Assembly (NCBI GenBank): GCA_041180025.1
Contig: JBEGSH010000073.1
Location: forward strand, 6,773 to 70,772
Direction of reading: 5' to 3'
DNA from: Pseudomonadota bacterium
GTDB lineage: Bacteria; Pseudomonadota; Gammaproteobacteria; Burkholderiales; Methylophilaceae
DNA length: 64,000 nt
Below the pieces are notes generated by a model, which worked only from the letters and a program-made list of their open reading frames with translations, ran no database searches and had not been told where the DNA came from. The translations under genes were made by a program, and so were the position numbers. This document shows positions 11,305-22,691 of the stretch, piece after piece. Each line of letters begins with the position of its first letter. Position 1 is the stretch's first letter.

Positions 11305-12531
11305 TTGGCTCAGCTTAAAAAATCATCGAAATTAAATAACGTCTGTTATGACATTCGCGGACCTGTTTTAGCACACGCTAAAAAAATGGAAGAAGAAGGT
11401 CATCGCATTATCAAGCTTAATATTGGCAATCCAGCAGCCTTTGGATTTGAAGCGCCTGAAGAGATTGTTCAAGACGTGATTCGCAATATGGGTAAAGCAT
11501 CTGGTTATACGGATAGCAAAGGCCTTTTTGAGCCAAGAAAATCCATTATGCATTACACGCAGGAAAAAAATATTCCAAATGTCGATGTAGATGATGTGAT
11601 TATTGGTAATGGTGTTTCAGAGCTTATTGTGATGGCAATGCAGGCATTGCTAGATAACGATGATGAAGTCTTAATTCCTATGCCGGATTATCCGCTATGG
11701 ACCGCAGCTGTCACGTTGGCAGGTGGAAAGCCTAGACATTATTTATGTGATGAAGCTGCAAGCTGGTATCCAGATCTTAAAGATATCGAAAGTAAAATCA
11801 CCAGCAAAACAAAAGCGATTGTAGTGATCAATCCAAATAATCCGACAGGCGCACTTTATCCAAAAGATATTCTAGAAGGTATTATTCAAATCGCGAGAAA
11901 ACATAAACTCGTTGTTTTTGCAGACGAGATTTATGACAAAGTTGTTTATGATAAAAAGAAACATATTTCAATTGCGTCTCTTGCAGATGATATTCTTTTT
12001 GTCACATTTAATGGCCTGTCAAAAAACTATCGCGCATGTGGTTATCGCGCAGGATGGTTAGTGGTATCTGGAAACAAGAAAGAATCTACGGACTACATTG
12101 AAGGTCTTAACATGTTAGCTTCCATGCGTTTATGTGCAAACGTTCCAGGGCAACTTGCTATTCAAACCGCTTTAGGGGGATATCAAAGTATTGATGATCT
12201 TGTAGCTCCAACAGGACGATTATTTAAGCAAAGAGAACTTGCTTACGACATGCTCGTTTCTATACCTGGTGTCACTTGTGTTAAGCCAGAAGCTGCGATG
12301 TATCTATTTCCTAAATTAGATCCTAAGATGTATCCAATTAAAGATGATCAAGAATTTATTTTAAAATTATTGATCGATAAGAAAGTATTGTTAGTTCAAG
12401 GCACAGGATTTAATTGGAAAGATCCTGATCATATAAGAATAGTATTCTTACCAAATGAAGACGATCTAAAAGAATCAATTAAGCGTATTGCCAATTACCT
12501 CGAAAACTTTAAGAAAAATACTGCGAACTAG
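11305..12531 (+). CDS. alaA: PLP-dependent class I aminotransferase, AlaA/AlaT type (TTG start)
   Basis: KLNNVCYDIRGPV, LNIGNPA, GNGVSELI, INPNNPTG and GLSKNYRACGYRAGW; upstream of hom. Confidence 0.88.
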   Translation: MAQLKKSSKLNNVCYDIRGPVLAHAKKMEEEGHRIIKLNIGNPAAFGFEAPEEIVQDVIRNMGKASGYTDSKGLFEPRKSIMHYTQEKNIPNVDVDDVIIGNGVSELIVMAMQALLDNDDEVLIPMPDYPLWTAAVTLAGGKPRHYLCDEAASWYPDLKDIESKITSKTKAIVVINPNNPTGALYPKDILEGIIQIARKHKLVVFADEIYDKVVYDKKKHISIASLADDILFVTFNGLSKNYRACGYRAGWLVVSGNKKESTDYIEGLNMLASMRLCANVPGQLAIQTALGGYQSIDDLVAPTGRLFKQRELAYDMLVSIPGVTCVKPEAAMYLFPKLDPKMYPIKDDQEFILKLLIDKKVLLVQGTGFNWKDPDHIRIVFLPNEDDLKESIKRIANYLENFKKNTAN

Positions 12532-12544
12532 AAAGTTAGAGCTG

Positions 12545-13840
12545 ATGAAAAGAATGAATATAGGTTTGTTAGGTATCGGCACAGTGGGTGGCGGTGTATT
12601 TGAACTTTTAAAATCAAACATTAAAGAAATACAACGTAAGACATCTGCTGATATGAAAATTGTCGCGGTGGCAGATAAAAATATTGCGCGCGCAAAAGAA
12701 ATTGTTGGAAGCTCTATTGAAGTTACTGATGATGCATTCAAGCTAGTTGCTGATAAAGAGATTGATGTCATTGTTGAGCTTATAGGTGGCACCACTATCG
12801 CAAAAGATTTGGTTGTGAAGGCGATTGAAAATAAGAAACATGTTGTGACAGCCAATAAAGCATTACTCGCAAATTTCGGAAATGAATTATTTCAATTAGC
12901 CAAAAAAAATAACGTCACTTTAGCTTTTGAAGCTTCAGTCGCTGGCGGTATACCTATTTTAAAATCAATTAGAGAAGGTTTAGCTGGTAATAAGATTGAG
13001 TGGGTAGCAGGCATTATTAATGGCACTACTAATTTTATTTTGACTGAGATGCGTGAAAAAGGTATCTCATTCGCAAAAGCTCTATCCGAGGCACAATCAT
13101 TAGGTTACGCAGAAGCAGACCCTACATTTGATATTGAAGGTATTGATGCTGCGCATAAATTAACAATTCTTGCTGGTTTATCTTTTGGCATCCCCATGAG
13201 CTTTAAAGATGTATATGTGGAAGGTATTAAAGCGCTTGAGCAAAAAGATATTCGGTATGCGGAAGAGTTAGGTTATCGCATTAAATTATTGGGCATCGCT
13301 AAAAAAAGAGATCAAGGTATTGAGTTACGGGTTCACCCAACTTTAATTCCTGAAAAACGTTTAATTGCAAATGTGAATGGTGCCATGAACGCTGTTGTGG
13401 TTAAAGGCAATATGGTTGGACCAACACTCTACTATGGTGCTGGTGCAGGAGCATTGCCAACTGCTAGTGCTGTTGTTGCTGATCTTATTGATATATCTAG
13501 ATCATCTCAGGTTCCGTTACATGGTTTTGATGAAAGCAAAATTGATTCAATTCCTATTTATAAAATTGATGACGCGATTAGTGGTTATTATTTAAGAATT
13601 CGAGTTTCAGATAAGCCAGGTGTTTTAGCTGAGATCACAAAATTATTTGGCGATAAGAAAATTTCTATTGATGCGATGCTTCAAAAAGAACCTCAAGAAG
13701 ATGAATCTGAAGCAGACATTGTTATATTAAGTCATTTAGCAGTTGAGAAAGATATCAATGCTGTGATTCAGTCTATTGAGTCGTTGTCAGCCACCATTGG
13801 AAAAGTTATTAAAATTAGATTAGAAGAACTTAGTAAATAA
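12545..13840 (+). CDS. hom: Homoserine dehydrogenase with C-terminal ACT domain (likely start ATG 12545)
   Basis: GLLGIGTVGGG, VVTANK, FEASVAGGIP, GYAEADP and DKPGVLA (ACT). Confidence 0.96.
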   Translation: MKRMNIGLLGIGTVGGGVFELLKSNIKEIQRKTSADMKIVAVADKNIARAKEIVGSSIEVTDDAFKLVADKEIDVIVELIGGTTIAKDLVVKAIENKKHVVTANKALLANFGNELFQLAKKNNVTLAFEASVAGGIPILKSIREGLAGNKIEWVAGIINGTTNFILTEMREKGISFAKALSEAQSLGYAEADPTFDIEGIDAAHKLTILAGLSFGIPMSFKDVYVEGIKALEQKDIRYAEELGYRIKLLGIAKKRDQGIELRVHPTLIPEKRLIANVNGAMNAVVVKGNMVGPTLYYGAGAGALPTASAVVADLIDISRSSQVPLHGFDESKIDSIPIYKIDDAISGYYLRIRVSDKPGVLAEITKLFGDKKISIDAMLQKEPQEDESEADIVILSHLAVEKDINAVIQSIESLSATIGKVIKIRLEELSK

Positions 13841-13847
13841 AGGCTTT

Positions 13848-15272
13848 ATGAAATACATTTCAACACGTGGTCAATCAAAGCCACTTTCTTTTTCTGAGAT
13901 TTTATTAGGCGGACTTGCACCTGACGGCGGTTTGTATCTTCCAGAGTCCTATCCTCAATTTTCAGATAAAGACTTAAACAGTATGCGAGGTATGAGTTAT
14001 GCAGAACTTGCATTTCATATTATTTCTAAATTCGTAGATGACATACCAAAAGATGATTTAAAAGCGATTATCAATAAAACATACACTAAAGAGGTGTATG
14101 CATTTTCAAGAGCACAACAAAAAGCAGAAGACATTACCCCTATTTTAAAAGTTAAAGATAATCTCTATATTCTCTCGCTTTCAAATGGGCCGACACTTGC
14201 ATTTAAAGATATTGCTATGCAATTGCTTGGCAATCTCTTTGAGTATGTGCTTGCAAAAGAAAATGCAGAAATTAATATTCTAGGCGCAACTTCAGGCGAT
14301 ACCGGCTCTGCTGCTGAATATGCCATGCGAGGAAAAAAAGGTATTAATGTTTTTATGTTGTCGCCCTATCAAAAGATGAGTCGTTTTCAATCAGCTCAGA
14401 TGTTTAGTATCCAAGACCCTAATATTTTTAATTTAAGTATCAAAGGCGTCTTCGATGATTGCCAAGATATTGTTAAGGCAGTATCTAATGATTTAGATTT
14501 CAAAAGAGATATGAAAATTGGCGCAGTAAACTCAATTAATTGGGGTAGGATTTTAGCGCAGATCGTTTATTACTTTAAAGGCTATCTCGCTGTTGCCAAA
14601 AATAATGAGGAAGTGAGCTTTACTGTTCCCACAGGTAACTTTGGTAATATTTGTGCAGGTCATATAGCACGTATGATGGGCCTTCCAATTAAGAGACTTG
14701 TAGTTGCTACAAATGAAAATAATGTATTAGATGAGTTTTTTAAGACAGGCATGTATAAGCCGCGTGACTCTGAAAATACTTTTCATACCTCAAGTCCTTC
14801 AATGGATATATCTAAAGCATCTAATTTTGAACGATTCATTTTTGACTTAATTGGGCGGGATAGCGAAAAATTAAATGTATTATGGAAATCAATCGATCAG
14901 GGTGGTAATTTTAATTTAAACCAAGAAGGTGTCTTTGAAAAAATTAAAGATTTTGGATTTACCTCCTCCTCGAGTACACACAAAGAACGTATTCATTACA
15001 TTAAAGAAATTTACAATCAATATAAGATCATCATTGATACGCATACAGCGGATGGATTTAAAGCAGCCTATGAGCATATGGATGAGAATGTGCCAATGAT
15101 TGTTCTTGAGACAGCATTACCTACTAAATTTGAAGACTCTATTGTAGAAGCAATCAATCAAAAACCTGAAAGACCTGAATCATTAAAGCATTTAGAAAAT
15201 CTTCCACAAAGATTTGAAGTTTTAGATAATCAGGTTGAAAAAGTTAAAACATTTATAAGGCAAAACGTCTAA
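13848..15272 (+). CDS. thrC: Threonine synthase
   Basis: [25 protein letters not shown] (PLP Lys), ATSGDTG, NSINWGR. Confidence 0.97.
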   Translation: MKYISTRGQSKPLSFSEILLGGLAPDGGLYLPESYPQFSDKDLNSMRGMSYAELAFHIISKFVDDIPKDDLKAIINKTYTKEVYAFSRAQQKAEDITPILKVKDNLYILSLSNGPTLAFKDIAMQLLGNLFEYVLAKENAEINILGATSGDTGSAAEYAMRGKKGINVFMLSPYQKMSRFQSAQMFSIQDPNIFNLSIKGVFDDCQDIVKAVSNDLDFKRDMKIGAVNSINWGRILAQIVYYFKGYLAVAKNNEEVSFTVPTGNFGNICAGHIARMMGLPIKRLVVATNENNVLDEFFKTGMYKPRDSENTFHTSSPSMDISKASNFERFIFDLIGRDSEKLNVLWKSIDQGGNFNLNQEGVFEKIKDFGFTSSSSTHKERIHYIKEIYNQYKIIIDTHTADGFKAAYEHMDENVPMIVLETALPTKFEDSIVEAINQKPERPESLKHLENLPQRFEVLDNQVEKVKTFIRQNV

Positions 15273-15276
15273 GACC

Positions 15277-16071
15277 ATGAAGCAATATTTGGATTTACTT
15301 AATCACGTTAAAAACCATGGCGATATTAAGCATGATCGAACAGGTACAGGGACTATTTCCGTGTTCGGCTATCAAATGCGCTATGATTTATCCCAAGGCT
15401 TTCCTTTATTAACCACTAAAAAAGTACATTTAAAATCTATTATTCATGAGCTTTTGTGGTTTTTAAGTGGCAGTACAAATATTAAGTACTTAAAAGATAA
15501 TGGTGTGAGTATCTGGGATGAATGGGCTGATGAAAATGGCAACCTAGGCCCGGTATATGGTTATCAATGGAGAAGTTGGCCTACTGCTGATGGAAAACAT
15601 ATAGATCAGATTACTGATTTGATAGAGTCAATTAAAAAAAATCCAGACTCAAGAAGATTAATTGTTTCAGCTTGGAATGTTTCAGAAATTTCAAAGATGA
15701 AACTTCCACCTTGTCATGCATTTTTCCAATTTTATGTCTCGAATGGAAAATTATCTTGTCAGCTTTATCAAAGAAGTGCAGATATTTTTTTGGGCGTGCC
15801 ATTTAATATTGCATCTTATGCGCTTCTTACAATGATGGTAGCCCAGGTATGTTCATTAGAGCCTGGTGATTTTGTTCATACATTAGGTGATGCGCATATT
15901 TATTCTAATCATATGGAGCAGGTCAACGAGCAACTATCAAGAACACCTAAAACTTTACCTCGCATGAAAATAAATCCTGAAGTTAGAAGTATTTTTGATT
16001 TTAAATTCGAAGATTTTGTTTTAGAAAATTACGATCCAGACCCTGCTATTAAAGCGCCTGTTGCAGTCTAG
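15277..16071 (+). CDS. thyA: Thymidylate synthase
   Basis: DRTGTGT, LPPCH and [13 protein letters not shown] motifs. Confidence 0.98.
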   Translation: MKQYLDLLNHVKNHGDIKHDRTGTGTISVFGYQMRYDLSQGFPLLTTKKVHLKSIIHELLWFLSGSTNIKYLKDNGVSIWDEWADENGNLGPVYGYQWRSWPTADGKHIDQITDLIESIKKNPDSRRLIVSAWNVSEISKMKLPPCHAFFQFYVSNGKLSCQLYQRSADIFLGVPFNIASYALLTMMVAQVCSLEPGDFVHTLGDAHIYSNHMEQVNEQLSRTPKTLPRMKINPEVRSIFDFKFEDFVLENYDPDPAIKAPVAV

Positions 16072-16559
16072 TGCCTAAACTATCTATTATTGTTGCTATG
16101 AGTTCTAACCGAGTCATTGGTGTGAACAATACGCTGCCATGGCATCTAAGCGAAGATCTAAAGCATTTTAAATCTTTAACGACAGGACATACCATTATTA
16201 TGGGTCGAAAAACTTATGAGTCTATCGGTCGAGCGCTTCCCAATAGAAGAAATATTGTAATTAGCCGAAACACAGAAACTTCATATGAAGGGACAGAAGT
16301 TGTGCATAGCATTGAAGATGCTTTTTCAATTTCTAAACATGATGATGAAGTATTTGTGATAGGGGGGTCAAATATATACGAACAAGCGTTAAATTTAGTC
16401 GATCACTTATATATTACAGAAATTAAGAAAAGCTTTTCGGGAGATGCTTTTTTTCCTGAGATCAATAAATCAATATGGACTGAGTCTTCAAGAGAAGATC
16501 ATATTGCAAATGATGGGCTTGAATTTTCTTTTGTAAATTACCAAAAAAATATTAAATAG
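16071..16559 (+). CDS. folA: Dihydrofolate reductase (GTG start overlapping thyA stop)
   Basis: VIG..N.LPW, IMGRKTYESI, LPNRRNIV, IGGS, GDAFFP. Confidence 0.96.
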   Translation: MPKLSIIVAMSSNRVIGVNNTLPWHLSEDLKHFKSLTTGHTIIMGRKTYESIGRALPNRRNIVISRNTETSYEGTEVVHSIEDAFSISKHDDEVFVIGGSNIYEQALNLVDHLYITEIKKSFSGDAFFPEINKSIWTESSREDHIANDGLEFSFVNYQKNIK

Positions 16560-18792
16560 ATACACAGTCTACAAAGTAGTGCGCTTTACCATCAATCTTT
16601 TGTTTTACTAATCCGTGATTATCTGTTTCAAATCCTGGGAATTTCTCATTGAAATCTCGTGCAAATTTTAAATAATCCACAATAATTTTGTTAAAACGCT
16701 CGCCAGGGATGAGAAGTGGAATGCCTGGTGGATATGGCGTGAGAAGTACCGCTGTAATTCTGCCTTCTAGATCATCAATCGCAACACGTTCAATTTCTTT
16801 ATGAGCCATTTTTGAAAAAGCTTCTGTTGGCTTCATCGCAGGGACCATATCAGAGAGATACATTTCAGTTGTCAGTCTCGCAATGTCATGTTTTTTATAG
16901 ATTTCATGAATCTGTGTGCATAAATCTTTTAACCCAATACGCTCATAGCTTGGTTGCTTCTGAATAAATTCAGGTAATACTTTCCATAAGGGTTGATTCT
17001 TATCATAATCATCTTTAAATTGTTGAAGTGCTGCAACCAGCGTATTCCATCGACCTTTGGTAATGCCGATCGTAAACATAATAAAGAATGAGTAGAGCCC
17101 TGTTTTTTCTACAATAACGCCGTGTTCTGCTAAGTATTTGGTAACAATAGAAGCGGGTATGCCAAACTCGTCAGAAAACTCACCATCAACATTGAGTCCC
17201 GGAGTAATGATTGTTGCTTTAATTGGGTCGAGCATATTAAAACCATCAGCAAGATTACCAAATCCATGCCAATGATCATTGGCATTTAACATCCAGGCAT
17301 CTCGATCTTCAAGACCTTCATCTGATAAATCATTAGGGCCCCAAACTTTAAACCACCAGTCAGATCCCCATTCAATATCTACTTTTCGCATAGCACGTCT
17401 AAAGTCTAATGCTTCCATGAGTGACTCTTCTACAAGCGCTTTACCACCAGGCTCTTCCATCATTGCAGCAGCGACATCGCAACTCGCAATGATTGAATAT
17501 TGTGGACTGGTAGAGCTATGCATCAAGAAAGACTCATTAAAGACTTCACGATCAAGTTTATTTTTTTCTGCATCTTGAACAAGAATTTGAGATGCTTGGC
17601 TCAAGCCTGCTAAAAGTTTATGCGTAGATTGCGTTGAGAAAATAAGGCTATCTTTACAACGCGGACGATCAGCACCAATGGCATGATAGTCACCGTAAAA
17701 GTCATGGAATGTTGCATGTGGCAACCAAGCTTCATCGAAATGAAGCGAATCAATTTTTCCATCTAACATTTCTTTAATTTCTTCAACGTTATAAAGAATA
17801 CCGTCATAAGTTGATTGTGTAATTGTTAATACACGAGGTTTATCTTTTTTATTGGTGATGAATGGATTCTTTTGAATTTTGTCTTGAATATTTTTCCATT
17901 CAAATTCTTTTTTAGGGATAGGTCCAATAATGCCAAAGTGATTTCTTGTTGGCATCAAGAAAATTGGAATAGCGCCAGTCATAATAATGGAGTGCAATAC
18001 CGATTTATGGCAATTTCGATCTACGATTACAATATCACCTGGCGCTACTGTTGAATGCCAAACCATCTTATTAGACGTCGATGTACCGTTTGTAACAAAA
18101 TAAAGATGATCAGAGTTATATATACGCGCTGCATTTCTTTCTGAAGCGCCTACAGGGCCTGTGTGGTCGAGCAATTGCCCTAATTCATCCACTGCATTAC
18201 ATACGTCAGCTCGAAGCATATTTTCTCCAAAGAATTGGTGAAACATTTGACCGACAGGGGACTTTAGAAAAGCAACACCACCTGAGTGGCCAGGGCAATG
18301 CCAAGAGTAAGAACCGTCACCTGCATAGTGAGTAAGGGCTTTGAAGAACGGTGGAGGCAAGCTATCTAAATAAGTTCTTGCTTCACGCACAATATAACGC
18401 GCAACAAACTCAGGCGTATCCTCATGCATATGAATAAAACCATTAAGCTCTCTTAAGATTTCATTTGGAATGTGACGACTTGTTCTTGTTTCGCCATGGA
18501 GAAATATTGGAATTTCTTCATTGCGAAATCTAATTTCATCTACGAAATTTTTTAATTGTTCAAGGGCGGTTTGATTTTCTTCAACAAATTCTTCGTCGTC
18601 AATAGAAAGAATAAATGCAGAAGCTCGACTTTGTTGTTGAGCAAATGAAGATAGATCACCATAGCTTGTAACACCAAGCACTTCGAAATTTTCTTCCTCG
18701 ATCGCTTTTGCTAAAACTCTGATACCAAGACCAGATGAATTTTCAGATTTGAAGTCTTCGTCAATGATGACTACGGGGAAGTTAAATTTCAT
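16552..18792 (-). CDS. Orn/Lys/Arg decarboxylase (group III, with wing domain)
   Basis: WHCPGHSGG, NGTSTSNK, DRNCHKS, STQSTHKLL (PLP Lys), PYPPGIP. Confidence 0.93.
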   Translation of the reverse strand: MKFNFPVVIIDEDFKSENSSGLGIRVLAKAIEEENFEVLGVTSYGDLSSFAQQQSRASAFILSIDDEEFVEENQTALEQLKNFVDEIRFRNEEIPIFLHGETRTSRHIPNEILRELNGFIHMHEDTPEFVARYIVREARTYLDSLPPPFFKALTHYAGDGSYSWHCPGHSGGVAFLKSPVGQMFHQFFGENMLRADVCNAVDELGQLLDHTGPVGASERNAARIYNSDHLYFVTNGTSTSNKMVWHSTVAPGDIVIVDRNCHKSVLHSIIMTGAIPIFLMPTRNHFGIIGPIPKKEFEWKNIQDKIQKNPFITNKKDKPRVLTITQSTYDGILYNVEEIKEMLDGKIDSLHFDEAWLPHATFHDFYGDYHAIGADRPRCKDSLIFSTQSTHKLLAGLSQASQILVQDAEKNKLDREVFNESFLMHSSTSPQYSIIASCDVAAAMMEEPGGKALVEESLMEALDFRRAMRKVDIEWGSDWWFKVWGPNDLSDEGLEDRDAWMLNANDHWHGFGNLADGFNMLDPIKATIITPGLNVDGEFSDEFGIPASIVTKYLAEHGVIVEKTGLYSFFIMFTIGITKGRWNTLVAALQQFKDDYDKNQPLWKVLPEFIQKQPSYERIGLKDLCTQIHEIYKKHDIARLTTEMYLSDMVPAMKPTEAFSKMAHKEIERVAIDDLEGRITAVLLTPYPPGIPLLIPGERFNKIIVDYLKFARDFNEKFPGFETDNHGLVKQKIDGKAHYFVDCVSI

Positions 18793-18801
18793 ATTAACCC
18801 T

Positions 18802-19368
18802 TTATATTTTAGGTAATGTTACACCTACTTGGCCTTGGTATTTTCCACCACGATCTTTGTAGGATGTTTCACATACTTCATCGGACTCAAAGAATAGCAC
18901 TTGAGCGCAACCTTCGCCTGCATAAATTTTTGCTGGAAGAGGTGTGGTATTACTAAATTCTAGGGTCACATAACCTTCCCATTCTGGTTCAAAAGGTGTG
19001 ACGTTAACAATGATGCCGCATCGCGCATAAGTCGATTTACCTAAACATACTGTGAGCACACTTCTTGGAATTCTGAAATATTCAACTGTCCTTGCAAGCG
19101 CGAATGAATTAGGCGGAATGATGCAATAGTCAGCGTTAAATTCTACGAAAGAATTTGGGTCGAAATTTTTGGGATCGACGATCGTGCTATTAATATTGGT
19201 AAATACTTTAAATTCATTAGCGCATCGAATGTCATATCCATAACTCGATGTGCCATAAGATACAATCTTTTGATTGTCTTTCTCGCGAATAAGTTTAGGC
19301 TCGAAGGGCTCAATCATGCCATGTTCTTCGGCCATCTTTCTTATCCATTTATCTGATTTTATCGTCAT
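18802..19368 (-). CDS. dcd: dCTP deaminase
   Basis: [42 protein letters not shown]. Confidence 0.97.
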   Translation of the reverse strand: MTIKSDKWIRKMAEEHGMIEPFEPKLIREKDNQKIVSYGTSSYGYDIRCANEFKVFTNINSTIVDPKNFDPNSFVEFNADYCIIPPNSFALARTVEYFRIPRSVLTVCLGKSTYARCGIIVNVTPFEPEWEGYVTLEFSNTTPLPAKIYAGEGCAQVLFFESDEVCETSYKDRGGKYQGQVGVTLPKI

Positions 19369-19382
19369 AATTTTCTTGTCTC

Positions 19383-19427
19383 AAAAAAGAAAAATCCCGT
19401 TTGCACAATCTTGACGCTACGGGATTT
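19383..19427 (-). terminator. Probable intrinsic terminator after zwf
   Basis: AAATCCCGT...ACGGGATTT 9-bp stem with a large loop, followed on the minus strand by TTTTTCTTTTTT. Confidence 0.6.
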
Positions 19428-19451
19428 CTAATGATTTAAATTTTCATTACT

Positions 19452-20927
19452 TTAGAGCTTATTTTCACCGATTTCAATACTCTGACGCCAAAATTGTTCA
19501 GGCTTGTCAAAGATAATTTTGGATTCAGCAGGGTCGGCACTACCAGCAGGGTAGGTAAAGACTGGACTCTTATCTTCATTCCAGGCTTTAATTACAGGAT
19601 CAAGTAGTCTCCATGATGCTTCTACCTCATTGATATGGAGGTATAAAGATTGGTCGCCTTGCATCAAATTAAGAAGGAGTGATTCATAAGCATCTACACT
19701 TTCATCCCCTGTAATTCTATTTGGGGCGTCCATAGCTACCGTTCTTACTTTGGTATCAAGCCCTGGAATTTTCGTTTGGATTTCAAAGCGGGTAAATTCT
19801 TTAGGTTGAATACTAATGACGAGCCAGTTATCAGCTTGCTCAGGAAGTGAAAGTGGTGCCTTTTTAAACTTAATGGCTATCGCTGTATCGGATGTTTGAA
19901 GGCGTTTTGCTGTTCTCACATAAATAGGTACACCTTTCCATCGTGGCGTATTAATGTAAAACTTAAGTGCTGCATAGGTTTCAACTACACTCTTCGGGTC
20001 ATCTAATTCTTCCAAATAACCTTTAACTTCTTCACCATTGATTTTGCCTCGGCCATATTGTGCTTTAAAAGCATGCTTCTTGAGTTCATTAAGGGGAATA
20101 GGTGTAATGGATTCGAGTACTTTAATTTTTTCAGCACGAATGTTTTCAGGGCTTAATGTTTGTGGCATCTCCATCGTTGTTAATGCAAGCATTTGCATGA
20201 GATGACTTTGAATCATATCCCTTAAAGCGCCAGTCGCATCATAAAACTGAGTTCTTTCTCCTACGCCGAGCGTTTCATTATTTGTAATTTGAATATGGTC
20301 GATATGTTCATGCGTCCAAAGAGGATCAAATATATGATTTGCAAAACGCGTGAGCAGAATATTTTGTAATGCTGATTTACCAAGGTAATGATCAATGCGA
20401 TAAATCTGTGTTTCTTTTAAATGTTTAGTGATTGATTTTTGAAGTGCTTGAGCTGTTTCTAAATTGGTACCAAACGGTTTTTCAATGACGACACGACGCC
20501 AAGCCTTGCTTTCATCAGTTAAGCCGACGCTCGCAAGCAAATCAACAATCGAAGCGAAGTCTGACGGTCTAACAGATAAAAAGAAAGCTAAATTTTGTGG
20601 GAAGGTCGATGCGTCGGAAAGTCTTTCGCTGAGTCGTTTAAAAGCATTACTATCATCAGGCGGATTCGCGTGATAAAAATTTCTAGCAATAAAACGATCA
20701 AATACTTTTGCGTCGTAATTTTTTTTGAATTTAATATCAAGCATGGACTTGATGTCATCTCGCCATGCTGATTCTTCAACTTCAGATCTTCCCACTGAAA
20801 GAATTTTCATTTTCTCTGGCAATCTGCCGAGAGAATCAAGTCTAAAAAGACCTGGAATAAGTTTTATTCTAGAAAGGTTTCCACTTGCACCGAAGAGGAC
20901 TAAGGTGCAGTCATCAATTTTTGTCAT
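19452..20927 (-). CDS. zwf: Glucose-6-phosphate dehydrogenase
   Basis: FGASGNL, EKPFG, YRIDHYLGK, GALRDMIQSHL, RWKGVP. Confidence 0.96.
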   Translation of the reverse strand: MTKIDDCTLVLFGASGNLSRIKLIPGLFRLDSLGRLPEKMKILSVGRSEVEESAWRDDIKSMLDIKFKKNYDAKVFDRFIARNFYHANPPDDSNAFKRLSERLSDASTFPQNLAFFLSVRPSDFASIVDLLASVGLTDESKAWRRVVIEKPFGTNLETAQALQKSITKHLKETQIYRIDHYLGKSALQNILLTRFANHIFDPLWTHEHIDHIQITNNETLGVGERTQFYDATGALRDMIQSHLMQMLALTTMEMPQTLSPENIRAEKIKVLESITPIPLNELKKHAFKAQYGRGKINGEEVKGYLEELDDPKSVVETYAALKFYINTPRWKGVPIYVRTAKRLQTSDTAIAIKFKKAPLSLPEQADNWLVISIQPKEFTRFEIQTKIPGLDTKVRTVAMDAPNRITGDESVDAYESLLLNLMQGDQSLYLHINEVEASWRLLDPVIKAWNEDKSPVFTYPAGSADPAESKIIFDKPEQFWRQSIEIGENKL

Positions 20928-20950
20928 AGATATTTAAGAATGTAAAAAAG

Positions 20951-21859
20951 TTATTTAGATTTTTTTACTGCATGACCACCAAATGCATTACGCATTACTG
21001 ATAGTAATCTATAGCCATAACCTTGTTTTTCTTGGCTTCTGAATCTCACTTGCAATGCAAGTGTAAGCACTGGTGTTGGAATACCTTGTTCGATTGATTC
21101 AACAACAGTCCATCTGCCTTCGCCTGAGTCAGCTACATAAGGGGCAATTTCATCGAGTGCTTGATCTTCTTTAAGAGCATCAGCAGTTAAATCCAATAAC
21201 CAACTTCTGACCACGGAGCCATGTTTCCATAATTCTGTAATTTGCGCTAAATCAAGTTTAAATTCACTTTTGCCTTTAAGAAGCTCAAGGCCTTCAGCAA
21301 ATGATTCCATCATGCCGTATTCGATACCATTGTGAATCATTTTAGTAAAGTGACCTGAACCTACAGGGCCTACATGAGCCCAGCCACGATCTGCGTGAGC
21401 TAGTGCCTGAAGAATAGGTTTCATTGTGTCTGCAACTTCTTGTTTTGCGCCTACCATTAAGCAGTAGCCGTTTGCTAAACCCCATACACCACCTGATGTA
21501 CCGCAATCCATAAAACCAATACCTTTTTCTTCAAGGAATTTACCGATGCGCTGAGAGTCTTTGTAATTTGAATTGCCACCGTCAATAATAATGTCGCCTT
21601 TATTGAGCATTGGAATGAGTTCTTTGATTTGTTCTTCGGTTGGATTTCCTGCTGGCACCATAAGCCACACGATTTTTTGACCATCTAATTTTGCTACAGC
21701 ATCTGCAACTGAGTTTGCACCAATAATTTTTGCTTTTTCTTCGAGTGTTTTTACAACTTCTGCGCTTCGGTCAAAGCCTACAACAGAAATACCTTTTTGA
21801 ACAAGACGAGTAGCCATATTGCCACCCATTTTTCCGAGACCAATCATTGCTAATTTCAT
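20951..21859 (-). CDS. gnd: 6-phosphogluconate dehydrogenase (decarboxylating), short-chain type, probably NAD+-preferring
   Basis: GLGKMGGNM, DGGNS, DCGTSGG, KMIHNGIEYG, DSGEGRW, RNAFGGH; 302 aa; Asp-Arg (FDRS) at the cofactor loop. Confidence 0.93.
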   Translation of the reverse strand: MKLAMIGLGKMGGNMATRLVQKGISVVGFDRSAEVVKTLEEKAKIIGANSVADAVAKLDGQKIVWLMVPAGNPTEEQIKELIPMLNKGDIIIDGGNSNYKDSQRIGKFLEEKGIGFMDCGTSGGVWGLANGYCLMVGAKQEVADTMKPILQALAHADRGWAHVGPVGSGHFTKMIHNGIEYGMMESFAEGLELLKGKSEFKLDLAQITELWKHGSVVRSWLLDLTADALKEDQALDEIAPYVADSGEGRWTVVESIEQGIPTPVLTLALQVRFRSQEKQGYGYRLLSVMRNAFGGHAVKKSK

Positions 21860-22013
21860 TTTTTTTACCTTTTTATGGAAGATTTGTCGTTGCTTAATCT
21901 TTTGGAATAAAGCAAATTAGTTTAAAGTGCGATACAAGTTAAATTATATCAAACGCAAGCCTCTTCAAGGAATTGATTTCGATATAAAATCCATATTATT
22001 TTGAAAGATTTAC

Positions 22014-22691
22014 ATGAATTTGAAACAAATTAAATGGCATTCATTTGAAAGCCAAGTTTCTCTTGATCAAGCCGCTATGGAGAGGGTTGTAGCTTTAGCT
22101 GAGTCTTCAATTAAAACGCGAGGCCAGTTTCATCTTGTATTAGCGGGGGGATCGACACCCAAAAACGTCTATACACTTCTTAAAAACGTCAAAACAGATT
22201 GGCATAAATGGCAGGTCTATTTTGGAGATGAGAGATGTCTTGATTCCGGTCACCAAGATCGAAATAGCACTATGGCATTTGAAGCATGGCTCAATCATAT
22301 CGATATACCAGTCCAAAACATTCATGCAATTCCAGCTGAACTTGGTCCATTAGAAGGTGCGCATTTGTATAACCAAACACTAAGCCAGGTAGGTGATTTT
22401 GATCTAGTCCTTTTAGGGCTTGGTGAAGACGCTCATACGGCAAGTTTATTCCCAGGACATAGTTGGGATAATAATTTAGATGCTTTAGCGGTTTTTGATG
22501 CGCCCAAGCCGCCACCATTAAGAATATCTATGTCGCCAGCACGCTTAAGTCGATCTAAATCTGTACTTTTCTTGGTTAGTGGAAAAGAGAAACAAACAGC
22601 GATAAATCAATGGAAAGCAGGGGATTTAATACCTGCAAGCACAGTTACTTGTAACAACGGGGTAGATGTATTTTGTTTTAACGTAAGTTAG
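22014..22691 (+). CDS. pgl: 6-phosphogluconolactonase
   Basis: LAGGSTP, FGDERC, LGLGEDAHTASLFP, PKPPP.RIS. Confidence 0.95.
   Translation: MNLKQIKWHSFESQVSLDQAAMERVVALAESSIKTRGQFHLVLAGGSTPKNVYTLLKNVKTDWHKWQVYFGDERCLDSGHQDRNSTMAFEAWLNHIDIPVQNIHAIPAELGPLEGAHLYNQTLSQVGDFDLVLLGLGEDAHTASLFPGHSWDNNLDALAVFDAPKPPPLRISMSPARLSRSKSVLFLVSGKEKQTAINQWKAGDLIPASTVTCNNGVDVFCFNVS

Noticed and set aside
21860-22013. HexR-type operator in the gnd/pgl divergent region
   Set aside because: No convincing palindrome; only a weak TTGCTT...AAGCAA pairing.
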